A stretch of DNA of 64,000 nucleotides from Catajapyx aquilonaris (lineage: Eukaryota). The DNA lies in contig KZ538478.1 in the NCBI GenBank assembly GCA_000934665.2, forward strand, positions 1 to 64,000, in the 5' to 3' direction. Under the pieces are notes generated by a model that saw only the letters and a list, made by a program, of their open reading frames with translations, made no database searches and was not told where the DNA came from. Made by a program: the position numbers and the translations under genes. Every line of letters starts with the position of its first letter. Position 1 is the stretch's first letter. Below are positions 14,528-29,070 of the stretch, one piece after another.

Positions 14528-15639
14528 CTATGCAACCCTTTATGCACGTCGATTATTAATGGTAGTCTACCCTGAATCGATACAATGCAATGGATCGATA
14601 CCACAGATATCATCAATGAGTGGGTTGTGTGGGGTGAGGGGGCCTCAATATGGCGGACGATTCTTGCGCCCTTTTCAAATTTTACTCAGCTGCCTGTATG
14701 GTTTTACCGTGTGCGTTAACAGGAATAACTCAGTAATAAATATTAAGAGTGGGATCTTAGGTCCAATAATAATAATCAAGCATACCTAGCACTGGGTTAG
14801 CAGAAAAGACCACAGTGATTCATGATAGCTTATGCTTGTTTTCGCAAACAGCGAGCTACCAGAATTGTGATCTCTATTGGTATCAATTAAGCGCCTGATG
14901 CTGGCGAGGTATAATTGCCGTCCTACCAAAGAAAGGTACGTATATGCGCATAACAAATTATTAATATTAATACCAGAAATAAATTGTAGAAAACTTACCC
15001 CACTCCATTTTTTCTGGCTCTTTTGGGGAGGATTCCCCGAAGGATTCCAGGAACCAATCATTGCATCAACAGTGTTTTCGGTGGGAATATTTTGTCAATG
15101 TCTAGGCCATAAAGACTGCATAAAGAGTTCATATTGTAGTAATTTGGTAGAATCATTTCGAGATGCTTTGATTCATTTAACAGGCTAAAAAGGCAATACT
15201 ATATTGCAGAGGGCATCCACAATAATGCAGGACTACCCTAAGTGTTTTATGAAAAACCCCTGCACTTGGTTGATGCTATGTCACGATATCGAAAAATGTT
15301 ATTGATACCGGTATTGCATATTTTTTCTTGTTATGCCTTAGTATCATTGTTTTCAAGCCAAATCATATTGTAACTTGAACACCACCAAAGACCAATTGGC
15401 TATTTCAACTGGTTTGCATGCGGCGTGGTTTCCTTTCATCAACATGCTCAAAATTTAGTCGTTCAAAATATTACATCCATCCAGTTTGTCATTTGCCAGA
15501 TATTTGCTTTAAATGAAAATGCTGAAAAAGGCTGCAAAATGCAAGAAATTAAAACTGGCAAATAACCCAAACAGACTCTTTAGGAATTGAACCTCTTCCT
15601 CGAAGAAGGGTGTACATTATCTGCAATGTATTATTGTTA

Positions 15640-15900
15640 GATAAGTAGTGCGCCTATATACCTGCGTGAATGAGTTGTCCCAGGTGAATGGAACTTTATC
15701 ACTTCTCTATGTAGTCCCCCTGGAGTGTGATGCACCTCTCCCATCAGCAGTGGTCTAGCATTACATCCTTCGCGAAAAAAATATTTGTCTTGGTCATCAC
15801 ACCATTCACGAACAGTGTTCATGATGGCGGCGTTACTGTTGAGACACAGTTCTTTCAGGTGTCGTTAGAGTGTTGGGAACAGCGCAGGTGATAGTACAGT
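15640..15900 (-). pseudogene. Mariner transposase 3' remnant
   Basis: VREWCDDQDKYFFREG followed by frameshifted sequence resembling the mariner C-terminal W-KC...GDY-EK motif. Confidence 0.55.
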
Positions 15901-16357
15901 AGGATCCATCAATAGCCTGTTTCCAACACTTGTTTGGCAACATATAAGGTAAGTACATGTCAATTTTCATTGAGAATCATACAATAGTTAAAAAGTTATT
16001 GAGGAATGTTTGGGTTTCCTTTCGATATACTGTATACCTTATTCACCCTGTATTTACAATAATGTTGGTGATCCACTTCTCCCCACCCAGTTATATTCAA
16101 ACCTTTTTCATTTTTGCGAATAGGTCCTTCAACCTATTGCAGGGTGATCCAACAAACTTATTCGCTTGCTGTCGCGATTTTTATCGCTAATGTGCTTATT
16201 TTTTGGCAGTTACTTTTGCGTGGTTTCTTTTAGTAACTGTCAAAAATATTAGCTGCTTCTATTATACAGTATAGTGTGGGCCCATCCTTTTATAAGTCTG
16301 AAAATGAAAAGGAAAAATAGGTTCTACCATTGACTTTCGATGCACTGATATTGTGAT

Positions 16358-16912
16358 AAAACGTTGTGAGTGTGTTTGGAACAATTTTACTTGTCTAGAA
16401 GTCCCGGAATTAATTTCCAAAACAGGGCTATAAAAACTCGAAATTGGAGTTCTGCCGGCCAACTGTTAGGCGGATTTAACTATGAAATGCGTGAAAATAT
16501 GCGGAATGACAACCTTGAGAATCATAGCAAAAGAATTTGCGAGAAATAAATTACTTATTTGCCGCTTTCTGGCAAACTCGGAAACATCGGAAAACTCCCA
16601 AATTTATTTGCTTCTCATGAAGTACGACGATTTCAGCCAATTCATCTCATACTCATTTGGGGGTTTTCATAAGTGCCAGAAAGCCGCAAATAAGTATTAA
16701 TTTATTTCTCGCAAAGTACGATGATTTCAGAAAATTCGTCTGGAATGGTTCTCAAGGTTGTTATTCCGCATATTTTCACGCATTTCATAATTAAATCCGC
16801 CTAACAGTTGGTCGACAGTACTCCAATTCCGAGTTTTATAGCCCTTTTTTTGGAAATTAATTCCAGGACTGCTAGACGAATAAAATTGTTCCAGACACAT
16901 TCACAACGTTTT
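16358..16912. mobile_element. Foldback DNA-transposon derivative with ~170-bp inverted arms
   Basis: 16358-16525 is the reverse complement of ~16745-16912; a related segment lies at ~45010-45180. Confidence 0.7.
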
Positions 16913-17029
16913 CCCAGATCTGGTAAGTATAGCTGTTATTATTTGTAAAATATCTTGTCAGTATCTTCGGAGTACGCGTAAGCCGAAATCTGTGTGGTTC
17001 AGGCCTATCTGGTAGCAAAGGGGTTAATG

Positions 17030-17880
17030 CCGACGACGACGTTACATGAACTTCTTGGGTGAAGACTGCCTACATGCATGCAACCTGTAAAACCACTTCT
17101 CAGTCAGAAAAACATTCATGACCATATAAAATTTTGCCAGCGGATGGCGAAGGACGGGTATGCTGATGACAACGATGCCGGAAGAATCAAGAGTGCACAC
17201 ATCCTTTTCACTGAAGAATCCCCAATATTGAACTGCAACCAAAGCCCAACTCGCAAAATAGAAGGATCAGGACATCAGATCCATCAACCATATCACCTGT
17301 TACCTGCCCAAAATTTACTATGAAGATCATGGTTGCAGGTGAAATTTGACGGTATGGAAAGACAGACCTGCATATTGTGATGGCGCCAAAGCAAACTGTG
17401 AATGGTGAATATTATGGGAAGGAAATCCTCCCGTTCTTTAAGAACACCATGGATGACCAACTAACATCAGTTTCCGAAACCTCACATCAGTGTCCTCATT
17501 CAAGATGGAACACGAGCACACACCACAAAGATGTCAATGAGTGCCACCAAGGAAAACTTCAATAACGTATGGGAAGATTGGCCTGGCAATTCTCCTGTTA
17601 TTAATGCCATGTAGCATGTCTGGGCCATCGTCGTGATCGTCCAAGGAACCAGGAACAATTAATTGATTGCAAAGGTAAAGGAATGGGCCTCTGTCAAGCA
17701 ACACAACACATTTAATCGAGAGTTTCCCTAAAAGAATTCATGAATGCTTGGCAAGAAATGGTGGTCATACATATTAATCCGATAAACCATTTGTATGTGT
17801 TTTTAGTAAATAAACAGGTGTACTTACTGAGGAATCTCATTAATATGGGGGGGGAGAGAAACTTTCGGACCACTCTGTAT
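17030..17880 (+). pseudogene. Decayed Tc1-like transposase with right TIR
   Basis: VKPLLSQKN...ILFTEESP, KIMVAG, TVNGEYY, QDG, WPGNSP remnants with stops and frameshifts; ends ...TTTCGGACCACTCTG|TA. Confidence 0.8.
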
Positions 17881-18071
17881 TTTGAATAACCCTTGCATTT
17901 TTGTAAACGCCTGTCCTCAGTGTTGTGCACTGTAAGAATAGTGTATAGCTTAGTGGGCATACAAGTGAAATCCACTGGCCAAATGGGCGGTTTTGAGTTA
18001 CGTATTTACACCACTGAATATAGTTTTTCTGCTCTATCGCCTAGTGAAGTCCTGAAGGTTCATGATAAACC

Positions 18072-18428
18072 CAGTGGTGGATCCGGGGGGAAGGGGGGGC
18101 GACCCCCCCCCCCCCCGAGAAACCTAGGCTATTATCCAAAAGTCGCCAAAAATTACTACTTCGTGATTTTTTTCGGAAAAAGTGCTGCTAATTTCATCAA
18201 ATACACACCCATTCAAATCTCTCACATTCACCTAAGCGCGTGTGACCTTGAACTCAAAAAATCTACCCTGCGGCGGGCCTGCCCCCCCCCCCTCCGAAAT
18301 TTTTCTACCTATGCCCCTGCATTTGCGCTATTAAAACCCCATATGAGATATAGTACTGCAATATCCCTCAGGCCAAGAACACCTCCTCCCCCCCCCCCAC
18401 CCGAAAACTTGGGCTGGATCCGCCACTG
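18072..18428. mobile_element. hAT-type MITE (CAGTGGCGGATCC family)
   Basis: TIRs CAGTGGTGGATCC / GGATCCGCCACTG, 8-bp TSD GATAAACC/GATGAACC; second copy at 44387-44574. Confidence 0.8.
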
Positions 18429-18513
18429 GATGAACCAGCAAGCCGGAAATTTCTTCCCTATCTAGCATGTAAACAAGTGCAAAGTTAAGTGCGCTGGAAT
18501 ACTGTCTCTCAAA

Positions 18514-18581
18514 CTGTATGGTGGTCTGCCACCCCCCTATAATGACCAAGTAGTTGTATCACGGGGTAAATAATATAAAAA
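18514..18581 (+). mobile_element. 5'-truncated retroelement 3' end
   Basis: Ends TATCACGGGGTA plus an A-rich tail; flanked by 16-bp TSD AATACTGTCTCTCAAA. Confidence 0.8.
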
Positions 18582-20317
18582 AATACTGTCTCTCAAAACC
18601 GTATTGTTTTTTGGTTTTTTTTACTTGAGGGGGGAGCACGGGGGGGGGGGGGGAGATTTATTCTCTTATATTCCGACGATTTAAAGAACAGAAATAAGCC
18701 AAACTTAGTTTCTTAACGCTCGTCTCGACTTCAAATCTAACTACCCTTATCACAATTTTATGCCACCATACCATACCATCCCTTCCTAAAATTCGGCCCA
18801 ACTCCCACCCTTGACATGGAACTACCTGGCCAAAAATAGTGTCTAGTGAGGATTAGCCTTTAATCTAGGCCATTCTAAGAGACTAGTCCTGAGAGATGAA
18901 CATGCTGCACACACGGGAACAACTTCTTGTAGCGCGTCATTCTTGTGGCAAAGTGAAATCAGGCATAGACTTTAATCTGGCCCAGCTCCCCCAGGGCACC
19001 ACTTTGCTGTTGCGGGAAGTCTATTAGAGCCCTCCCCTCTCTCTAACCCCCTCCGGTCCCGCCGCCCCCCTCCACCTCCCTACCCTCTCTTAAATAAGAC
19101 TCACGCAACTTTGCAACAGATTGTGGCATAAAAGGCCGTTGTGAGTGGGCCTAATCGAGGAGGAGCGTGGGAGGGAGTTTTGGCCCGCCGGTAATTAAGA
19201 GTGATCAATTCAGGCGCCTGTCAATCGGCTTGCCATGTTTCCAACCCCTCTACCTGCCAACTGCTCTGAAAGAGATATATCGGGAAAATTCGGCGAAGAA
19301 AAGGGAGCCTTCCTACCTGCTTTCTCTCTCCTTTTTCACTTTCAAAAAGCCTTTCGCAATTTGCCAAAGGGGGGGAAGGAGGGGGAGGGGAGGAATGAAA
19401 TTTACACTGGAGGGTTCCAACGGCCACCATTTCTGGTCCTCTCCATTTATTTTTTTTAGGTAGGAGTTGGGCTTTGAAAGGCCAACACCGATTTGCCCTT
19501 ACATCGCCTATAGTTAGTGGAGAGCGTTGGACACACGAGCCTCTCGGGAGATTTGGCGATTTTTATGTGGCAAATAGAGTTCCGGATTGATGTATGTCCA
19601 GGGGGAGCTCGCATATAGGAACAACTTTGCAAAAAAAAACAAAAAAAATGTAGGGTGTATACTCGAACCGGTTGCTGGTGGTACAACCCAAACCCAAATG
19701 TGATGAATTAGAGCGATAAGGTGCTCATAAAGACGCACGAATAATAATTTTAGGGGTGTCTTGTAGTATATGAGAGATGTGACAACTCAGCGCCTTCGTG
19801 AGTGTCTTATCGCGTTTGGGTTGGAAGAGGTGGGTGGTATTTTAAAGAGGTGGTGAATCAGCCCTGCCTCATGAGGTTGATTGATGTAAACGAATTATTG
19901 TCCGTTACTTTTAGAGGCAGTAACAATATAACTGCTAATATTAGAATGAGTGGAAGTTAGTCGGCCTCTGTTTGGCTTACAGTAAGGTGGTTGAACCACT
20001 GACTTGTTGCGCAAGTTATATTGTTTTTAAAACTTCGCAAAAGCTTTCCATGCATCCTGGTTTTTTGTTCAATGTGATTCCATATTTCAAGAGTTGCGTA
20101 GTGTTAATTAAAACTGACCGTCAATTAATATTGATGATTGATAATAATCAATACTGATTTCACAGTATAGCATATACTGATTGCATTCCTTCACATATAC
20201 ATTCCAGTGGTTAATCAGTATTGCGATGTTATTCCATTCCATTGACGTCGGTTTTAATGAAAAGTGTGCAACTCTACACATTAAGCATTATCTATCACAT
20301 TATCTATCACCAAGGAT

Positions 20318-20628
20318 TGTGGTTGGTGCACCTTCGGTGCACGAGGTAAGGGTACCAGTAGCGAGCAGTAACTGTACATGTGCCTACAGGAGCGCCACCT
20401 GGCAGCGTGTGGAGCACCATCTAGCGGAAGGTGGTGGAAGTTGTGTGGGGAGGGGGTCTAAGCAGTGAGGTGGCGCACCCAGTGGACAGAGAGATAACTT
20501 CCAGAGCAAACAAACATCGTGGACAGTATTAGGTGAAATATTATTGAGAATGATCGGTATAAATATGGTGTGAAATAAAGATTACTGCATATTCTCCTCG
20601 CCTCCTGCTGCTGCTGTTGTTTACTACA
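20318..20628 (+). mobile_element. Probable solo LTR
   Basis: TGTGGT...ACTACA inverted ends, AATAAA ~50 nt from the 3' end, GC-rich body; no clear TSD. Confidence 0.5.
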
Positions 20629-23600
20629 ATCATCAATGTGTTTATTCCGTCGCGCATTTGTTTAACTCGAGGTTAATAAAACCACTAGTTTTCAGACAAA
20701 CAGGTTTAACAATCCTAAAACACACGCTTATCGGTACTATACTTTGATCCATCGCACTCATGAGAATTTCAGGCTTTCTTGTGCCTGTATGCAATAGACC
20801 TGCCCAGAAACATTATCCAGCAATATAAGACTGCCAGCATATGCCGTACTGCAATCATCCCACTTCTCTACAGGATAACAGGCAAATACTCAGCACTAGC
20901 TGTAAAATGTCCCTCGTTTTTTTCGAATTGCATGTCTCCCTCGACTACTATTACGAAAATACCTAACGGTACCTGAAGGAGCACTAAGGACGAAAGACGC
21001 CTCTGCTGGTCAACCCACTGAACGGCTAAGTGTGGCTGCAAGCCCGAATGCACAATTGTAACAAAATTCTCGATGGTATCAGTATAAGGTGAGTCAGAAT
21101 TAAATCATTTGCATTAAACCAATCAAGACTAATTTTGTTTATTTAGATTGGCGTCTTTCGGAGGGTACTTTCGCAATATGATCCAGCATTCACCTAATTC
21201 ATACTGGCTGCCAATCATAAGAACTCAGAAATCGGAGTCATATCCTCCTGGTAAATCGAAAATCCTCCATCCGCACGCAATTTCCCACCTCTTCCACACA
21301 AAATATGGCACGCAATATGGAGAACCACCACAGGCCACCATGGCATCAGGTTAATCCGGGACATAAGGTCACTTAGTTGTCGTTATCAGAGCGTTAATGA
21401 GGCCGAATAGTCAGCTAAACATCTCGTTAATTGCCGTTCGCGCTGAGGTGCGTTCATATCCGATCCGATCAACATGCCAGAAATGCTCCCCAGCGTCCGC
21501 CTGTTTACGGCCATGTTTTCAAAAATAAAATGATGAGCACCGCATGGGGAGGTGGGTGCAGGATTTGCCCATTAGCCAACAACATTTTTATTCAAAAAAA
21601 AATTTTACATCGAAGAAGAACTATGCAGGTCTAACTATGCATTTTTTGATCACTATTGCAGGGGTTATATTCCCAAGAGGAGGATGTTTTAAAGGGGTGT
21701 CACTCTCGCTTCACATGGAACTGATGCGAAAAGCCCTCCGTTCAACCAGGAAAAGCTACCTTATCCTTACACGCTAAATGGGGGGTACTATAATAATCCT
21801 TATAATCGATAGCACGTACTGAATAAGAAGCCGCCTCGAGCCATTACTCTTGGAGCCAAGTTTTCATAGGGTGATTGAGGAAACACCGAAATGATGAGGT
21901 GCTGCTTTTGAATAACACGATCAAAACGGGGTTCCTCTTTGTTAAAATTGCTCGTAGCCATAGAGCTGAACACTGAAGCACTCACTTTAGCACAAAAGGT
22001 AATCTTTAACATTACACATCCGGATTTCTTTAAATAATTTCAAATAAAAGTGGGAGGAAATTGTGAAAGGGTTCAGTGCCTGTGCGCGTGACATGGGACC
22101 AAAAAAGCTATTCTGTGTAACTACGTAATTAACTACTTTTATGTCACTAATTAACTCTACTGTAATCTAGCAGGCTAGTCTGATGCGTCAGCAGTCAATC
22201 ATTACCTTGCAATAACTTTGAGGACATTTGCATATGACGTGGATTGATACAGAGACAACTTAGACAACATTGAGAATCTCTCAGTCACCACGTTAAGTAT
22301 ATTTCACGGCTATTAATGATAACTAAATATTTAGTTCCTTTACACAACCCTGGCCTCAAATTCATAAACTGCAGGCCAACTTCCAGTTGAGAACTGAGTT
22401 TGCTCTGGAAGATTATGCCCGAAATGGAAATTACCACGAGTGGCTGTTCAAACACGCTGCGTTATTAATGGTGGTAGGTCCTATACGCACGACCCCTAGT
22501 CCCGTTTTCCGATAACGACACTTATGAAAGATGAACGAATGGGCAGGCAGCTACTACACAATGCACCTCCGTAAATTGGACCTTTCTCATGCAAAAGTGT
22601 AGGCTGACAGTAAAGTAGAGGCCACTGGTGGTGGTGAGGGTTAACTACTATGTGGGTCATTTTTGGAAATTGTGTAGGCTACAGCTTCCGATTTTTATGA
22701 CTTAATTTGGCACATGAAACCTGATGGAGCAAATGGCCAATGACGCGTGGCACTTGCGCGCCCGACACTCTTTGTTGCATGATGGGGAGGTGGACAATGT
22801 TTTTTTATGCCTTGTTGTTAACTCATCCAATGAGGTTGGTAACGTAGGCCAGTGGCCAACACCATGGTTGTATTAAAATATTAACACTAAATGTAGTCAT
22901 CAAGGTTCATATTCGGTATAAAGTGCGTGAAACCTGCGACCCCGCACAGCATCAGCCAATGTTGCAGCATGAATCCCTGATTACAAGTATCAGAAACCAA
23001 CGCCCACTATTTTTTTATGAAAATGAGGCCTCTGTAATATTAGAAGCTGTAGAATTTAAAAGTTATTTTTCACAGTATACTGATAAATTTTTCACATTGT
23101 TCAAATCTGTTACAATATCTCGTACTGTACCACAGTTTGAATAGAATTGAGGTCGACATGACGTCTGTGTCCAGTAGTAGCCACGCAGTAGCCATCATGT
23201 GACTACAATATATTGATTTTCAGGGATTTATTTGGAAATATTTTACGTCCAAAGAATGCGTATGGAATGTGGCATAATATGGCTATGTTTGAGGAAGTAA
23301 TAACCTGCAAAAACATTATGTGCGAAACATTTATTATTTACACTATTAACGAACCTCCTGTTAGAGGTTCTTTACTTGCTTTGGTAACAGAAAGGGTTAT
23401 AGGAGCGGTGAGGTGACCCTTCCGTCACTAAGCTGCACTTTGCAGCTTGAACTTTAAGGGATTATTAATAATTGTTATTAGCTAATATCAGATGAACTAT
23501 AAGTTAATTATTTTTAGAAATCTTGAATTGCAATGAATTCTCCATTGGGATAGCGCGCGCGAGATTGACATCAAACTTCTATGATTTATTACCAATAATT

Positions 23601-24879
23601 TATCTATTTTTGCACTCTTAAACACCTCACCATAAGCGGTTAAAAATGATGTTCCATCTCAACCCTTAGCGTTTAGCCCGAAAAATCTCACAGTCTAAAC
23701 ATTCAGAACTGATGATGGGAGAAACTCCTCTCGACCTTTTACCCAGTGTCATTTCACATTCTAACAAGATGAAGTGGTCAACATCGAGGTAAAACTCTGT
23801 TTTACTTTAGCAATTTGCCACCATGAAAAACAGGCCTAATAAATTTTCCCCCCTGCATAATTATCTTGCGGCAATTATGTTGACAACTCCTGTTTTAATT
23901 AGTGGAAAAAAAGACGACAAGAGAGGGAAATAAATGATCTCCCTCTTCTTCTTCCTTCTCTCAGAATGATTGGCAAGCCCTTCTTCGTTCTCCTTAATGC
24001 TCGCCGCCTTCCTTCTTTTTCGTCCTTGTTTGTTTTATCTGGCAAATGGGTTTTCGCCTGGCCTGAAACCCAACCCTTGGCAGGGCTCATTTGACATCCT
24101 CCTACATAAGCGATGTAATGCTCTCCTCGGATGCAACCGCCTTTCACCACCATTTCCCTTGCCTCCTTCCTCAGCATCCACCCAGGATCCTCTATCTACC
24201 CCTATGGTGAAGCAGGTGCAAGATCTGGCTTTTTATACTATACGTGCTCCGATGAAACCACCGCAGATCCGTGTGAGCACATGTTGAGCCGACACTCGAT
24301 TTGCATTTTGGGGAGCCTATAAACCTGCTTTCGGCGAAAAATGTTCCACAGGCTTCATCGCCAAAATCGTCCAATATTGTTAGCATGTATGTCATGTGAC
24401 TTGCCAAAATAAATTTAAAGAAATATTCGAACAATAAATTACTATTGGGTGGTCCCCTTTACAATAACCTGCCATCTTTTCTTGGCAGCTCTTCCAAGCT
24501 GTTGAAGAGTTTGAGCGAAAGTAAATAGTTGCCGGTACGTTTCAAGGCTGACTTGTAAAGGCGGTGACGACTTCAAGAGCTACAAAACGGTCATGACAGG
24601 TGCCACATTTGACTTGAGGTGTGACGATGTATAGATGACCTATACTGAGTTTCAAAGGAGGCAAGCATGACCTGCTACACGTGTACTGTATAACTATGTT
24701 TGCATTCTAACCTTTGTTCTGGCGCAGCAGAGCCATCGCTGCTTTTGTGCTGTAAAAACCTAATCAATCGTGGACAGTGTAGCCTTATTATGAAGTAAAT
24801 GACCTAACCATTTTTAAAAGGGTCGGAAGAAGAATACAAGTATTTGACTCAAAACTAATTTTTCATTCCTCATATTCTG

Positions 24880-25045
24880 TACAGTACTGGCCAATAATCG
24901 AGGCAACGACTAGCGACATTTTCCCGAAGCGGCAGAAGAAGGAATCATGCTCGCCCGGCTTGAAGCATGCTTATCTTCGATTCCTTCTTCTGCCGCTACG
25001 GAAAAATGTCGCTAGTCGTTGCCTCGATTATTGGCCAGTACTGTA
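24880..25045. mobile_element. TA-flanked hairpin MITE
   Basis: ~65-bp near-perfect arms TACAGTACTGGCCAATAATCGAGGCAACGACTAGCGACATTTT... Confidence 0.8.
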
Positions 25046-28000
25046 CAACCTTAAGGGCTACTCCAATTATACCGATATCGAATGGAAAAGTCCGATTGGA
25101 TCATTCAAAAATGCTCCAGACAACATACTGACCTTATCGAAAAACGGAACATTTATTTCCACAGGGAACTGCAAGCCTTTTCGTGAACAACTGTCAGAAA
25201 ATGTCCTTTTCCGAACACGCCAAGGTCCACAATATTTCATTTGTCATAACTGTACTTCGTCCCACATGAGTAGTTATTTTTACTACACCCCATTGAATAA
25301 ACCAACAATCATTGCATAATCGCCCATGCCGCGAGTGTGCAACCGCCTGATGTCTTCAGGTGGAAAAAAATGCGCAGCAAACCGTCCAGAACAATATTGA
25401 CACGCACTGTACAGGTCATGTACGTACAGTACACGCGCGTGTATGACCACGAGGCATAACAAAATTGCAAGAGCTCCCCTTTCCCCTTTTAATTCATGAC
25501 ACTACGAGGAAGCACCCGACCTTGGTGTTCGAATAAAGGGAACCCCCCCCCCCCCCCCCCCCCCCCCAAAATATTGACTATACTTTAGGTGGAATTTTCC
25601 TCGTGCATTTTATGTGCGTGTCAAGTGTGCTGTTCGAAGGCGGCGCGAATGACATGGGATCCAGGGGGGTTTATGTCCACTTTTTGAGGGCGGTTCACTC
25701 TTAAATCGTGCCATGACAGCGGTCGATGAGGAGATGTTTATTGAACTACTTAGCTGGCCACTTTTTTTTATATATATATTTCCTACAGGCCATTATCGAC
25801 AGATATTAATTGTTGCCTAATACTGCCACTGTTGAAACTAAAACTGGTCTCCAAACTCTGCTGGCACTACTTGACCCATTAATAAACTTGATTGATCACC
25901 TGCCTTGAAGCTTACGAGATTCCTCCATGTTGGCAAAGATACGGTTAGTTTGTACATGTAGTCTACTATCCTGGGCTCTCCAAAAATGGAATTAACTTAG
26001 ACCTGATTAATGATTCTACGTGACTTCAGCAATAAGCGACATATGATGTATGGCATACCTTTAGGTGGTGCCCACGGAATTAGTCATGTGTGCTTGGTGT
26101 AAGAGCCCGCTTAGTTTGTCCTGCCCAAGGGAGGGACAGACCATCAAATGAATAATGTAATTACCAATCCATGCGTCGACACACCGCAATCAAGGAACCG
26201 CTGAGTTTGCCTACCTTCATGTCACCCTCTGGCAGCCAGTCACAGGGTAGTGCCTCGTTGTTTGACGACAGACACATCTGAGTGCAGGTGTGCATGGCTA
26301 TACCCCCATGTACGCCAGGCTTTGTGCTGAGGAGTCAAGGTACAGTATTATTAGCTAGTTTGCCAGGCACGTCTGACAATAAATCAACAAGCGGCTCGTT
26401 CATTTGGCTGATTAACCCCGGCAAAATGTGTGGGCGCCTAGGGTGTTGGCGACAATCATTCCCTCCCCCTTCTCCACCCCCCCCCCCAGCCCCCCCTTAT
26501 CCAGCACGCTTCCACACTGCAGATAGCTAAATAACGGCAAATGCCGGACCCACGCAATATGTGCGCTTAGGGTACGTCGAATTTGAGCTGGGGATAAAAA
26601 GCGATCATTCTCAAATGAAGCCATTTCGGGCTCTTCCGGAGTCAAATGGGGGATGATGCGACGTTCTGTAGGATACAGGGTGTTACAGGAGGCTTACTGT
26701 GCCAGGGGGTCAGACATTTTGGTTCCCCAGGGAACATTGGTCTGCAGTGCCTTCTCTATAGCAGGAGGATATGTAGTGACCACATGTTTTGTCACCAAAG
26801 TTGCTCCTCTAGGTATAGGATATCTAGGATACCCCCCCCTCCCCTACCTACCATCACATACAGTAGGTTTTAGTTACATCATTTATAGTACATGTGTATA
26901 TTAGATCGAAAGGCACCAAAAAATTAAAATGCATGCAGTAACAGTAAAAACTTTCCATCAGTTTGTCCATCTACTTGGTATGGAGGATCTCAGACAACTA
27001 AGGTCATGTGGTATCTTCTGTTTCTTTGGCTTTTTCTCTACCTTTGAGATCCATTCTCCCTCTACCTGTATCTGTATGTGCTTGTGTGTTTTTTTAATGT
27101 TATGAGGTCTCTCATAGGATGGGAAGGAGTTATCCACTGCCTCCCTCATGACTACAGTAAATGGCGATGGTTGATTTCAGGAAAAAAACCGCCCGTTAAT
27201 CATATTTTATTACCGTGAACTACAAGCTCTTCTATTGGTCCATTTACTTTAACTTCTAGGAACAGTTTCCTAAACTTGTTGGTAATTAGAGGAAAAAGTA
27301 CTGATGAAGCTGGTCACAAAAAATAACTTGCAGGTCTCGATTCGGCATCGCCATGAGAACAGTTGGCGGAAACAAAAGGTTTTTTTCCCCCCCACACACT
27401 TAAGGCTACCGGTAATTGATATCTTGATATCATGGTATACTTTTGATGCCATTGCAATCTGTCACCGAAAAGGTACTGTGTATGTGAGATATCACAGATG
27501 TCTAGACTTCAACAGATAATGCTGGTAGATTTTGATAGACGTGTATTGTTTGCCATACCGTATGTACACTGTACTGTACAGTACCCCTGCAGTTTTGGCT
27601 CACCCTTTATAGTCATATTAAATTCATACTATTTGATCATATTATATACAGCACTTACGCTAGTACCTGCAAGCGAATGTAGGTTATGTTGACTCCACAG
27701 TGTAGCTTGGCGTGTACATCTTTCTGCAACACTGCACAGCATTTTCACAACCCAGCAATGACTAGAACGTTTTTAAAAAATCAAATATTGACTGCGTATG
27801 TGGGCACGGTTGGAAATAAAAAGTGTCAAAAAGTAACTAATTCGTATTTCGCAATAAGTGAGCAAATAAAAATATCCCTCTCTCCTCCGGGCAGTCAGCC
27901 CATGGACATATGACACCCATTTAGTTTGGAAGTGTAGGCCATTGCCACAAGGTCCAAGCTCTCTAAATGCGCCAAACCCCACACTCTCACAAAATAAACA

Positions 28001-29010
28001 GCAATAGCGTGTGACGTATAGCGCGAAGTAAACAGGCTTGCCATTCAAACGGCATCGCAAATTTGATAGGGGTGGTGCTCATTGTGTGGGAGTCACAGGG
28101 GGTGTAAACACAAAGTGCATCGTCCAAAGGAACAATTGCAAATATATCAATCACGTGTCAAAGGACCTTGGTTTGGGAAGTAATTAAATCCTTGGCTATT
28201 GCTCTTTGGGATTCGGGAACGGTTGTGTTTCCAGGGGGGGAGGGGGGGGGGCTTACCCCCCAAAAAATGAGCCGCTCGTCCTGGCAACTTTGTATGCATT
28301 TGATCCCCGAGCTCGCCAACCAGACCATTCTGGCTCACTGGCGCTTCCCCGCCATTAAATTAATTACGGTTTAAGTACCAACGTACACAGGACCTCTTTT
28401 TCCCTCCATTCAAACAAGCTTCTACATTAAAATGTTTGAACTGCGTTTTAAAACGGGGGATGATAAGGATCGATGTGGAGCACGTAAACACAGTTTTCGT
28501 TGAAACATGGCTTGCAATTATTATTTATTTTTGTTTGGGGGGGGGGGGGTCGGTATTTACCAGGGAGTACCACGTGACGGGGACATTGCATGTTCCCTAA
28601 TGACATATTAGAATCTGACAAAAGCATGTCAACTTTTGGACGCCACTTGGCATTACTGCTTCTTGATATGTCGAAAAGTGAATCGTGCTACTATAATTAT
28701 GTACTATTTTGTACCGCAATCACTGCAGCGGGCGACTTAATATGCTTTATTGTACATTAACTCATTTGCCTCAAAACTGAGTTAGCATGTATTTCCCAGA
28801 GGTCTTCTATATTAATACCATGCAGTTGAACAGTGGCAATATGGAAACAGCCCCGAGCATACATGCACAGTAACCTATAATGCGATTCAACAATACTGAA
28901 ATGGTACTGTACATCCCATTGTGGCCGACAGTTTTTCGTCCCGTGTCACCTTGCTACCTGATTAGTGAGCTAATATTTGGATCTAAACCTCGTGACTGCA
29001 TAGCTAATCC

Positions 29011-29068
<58 letters not shown>

Positions 29069-29070
<2 letters not shown>

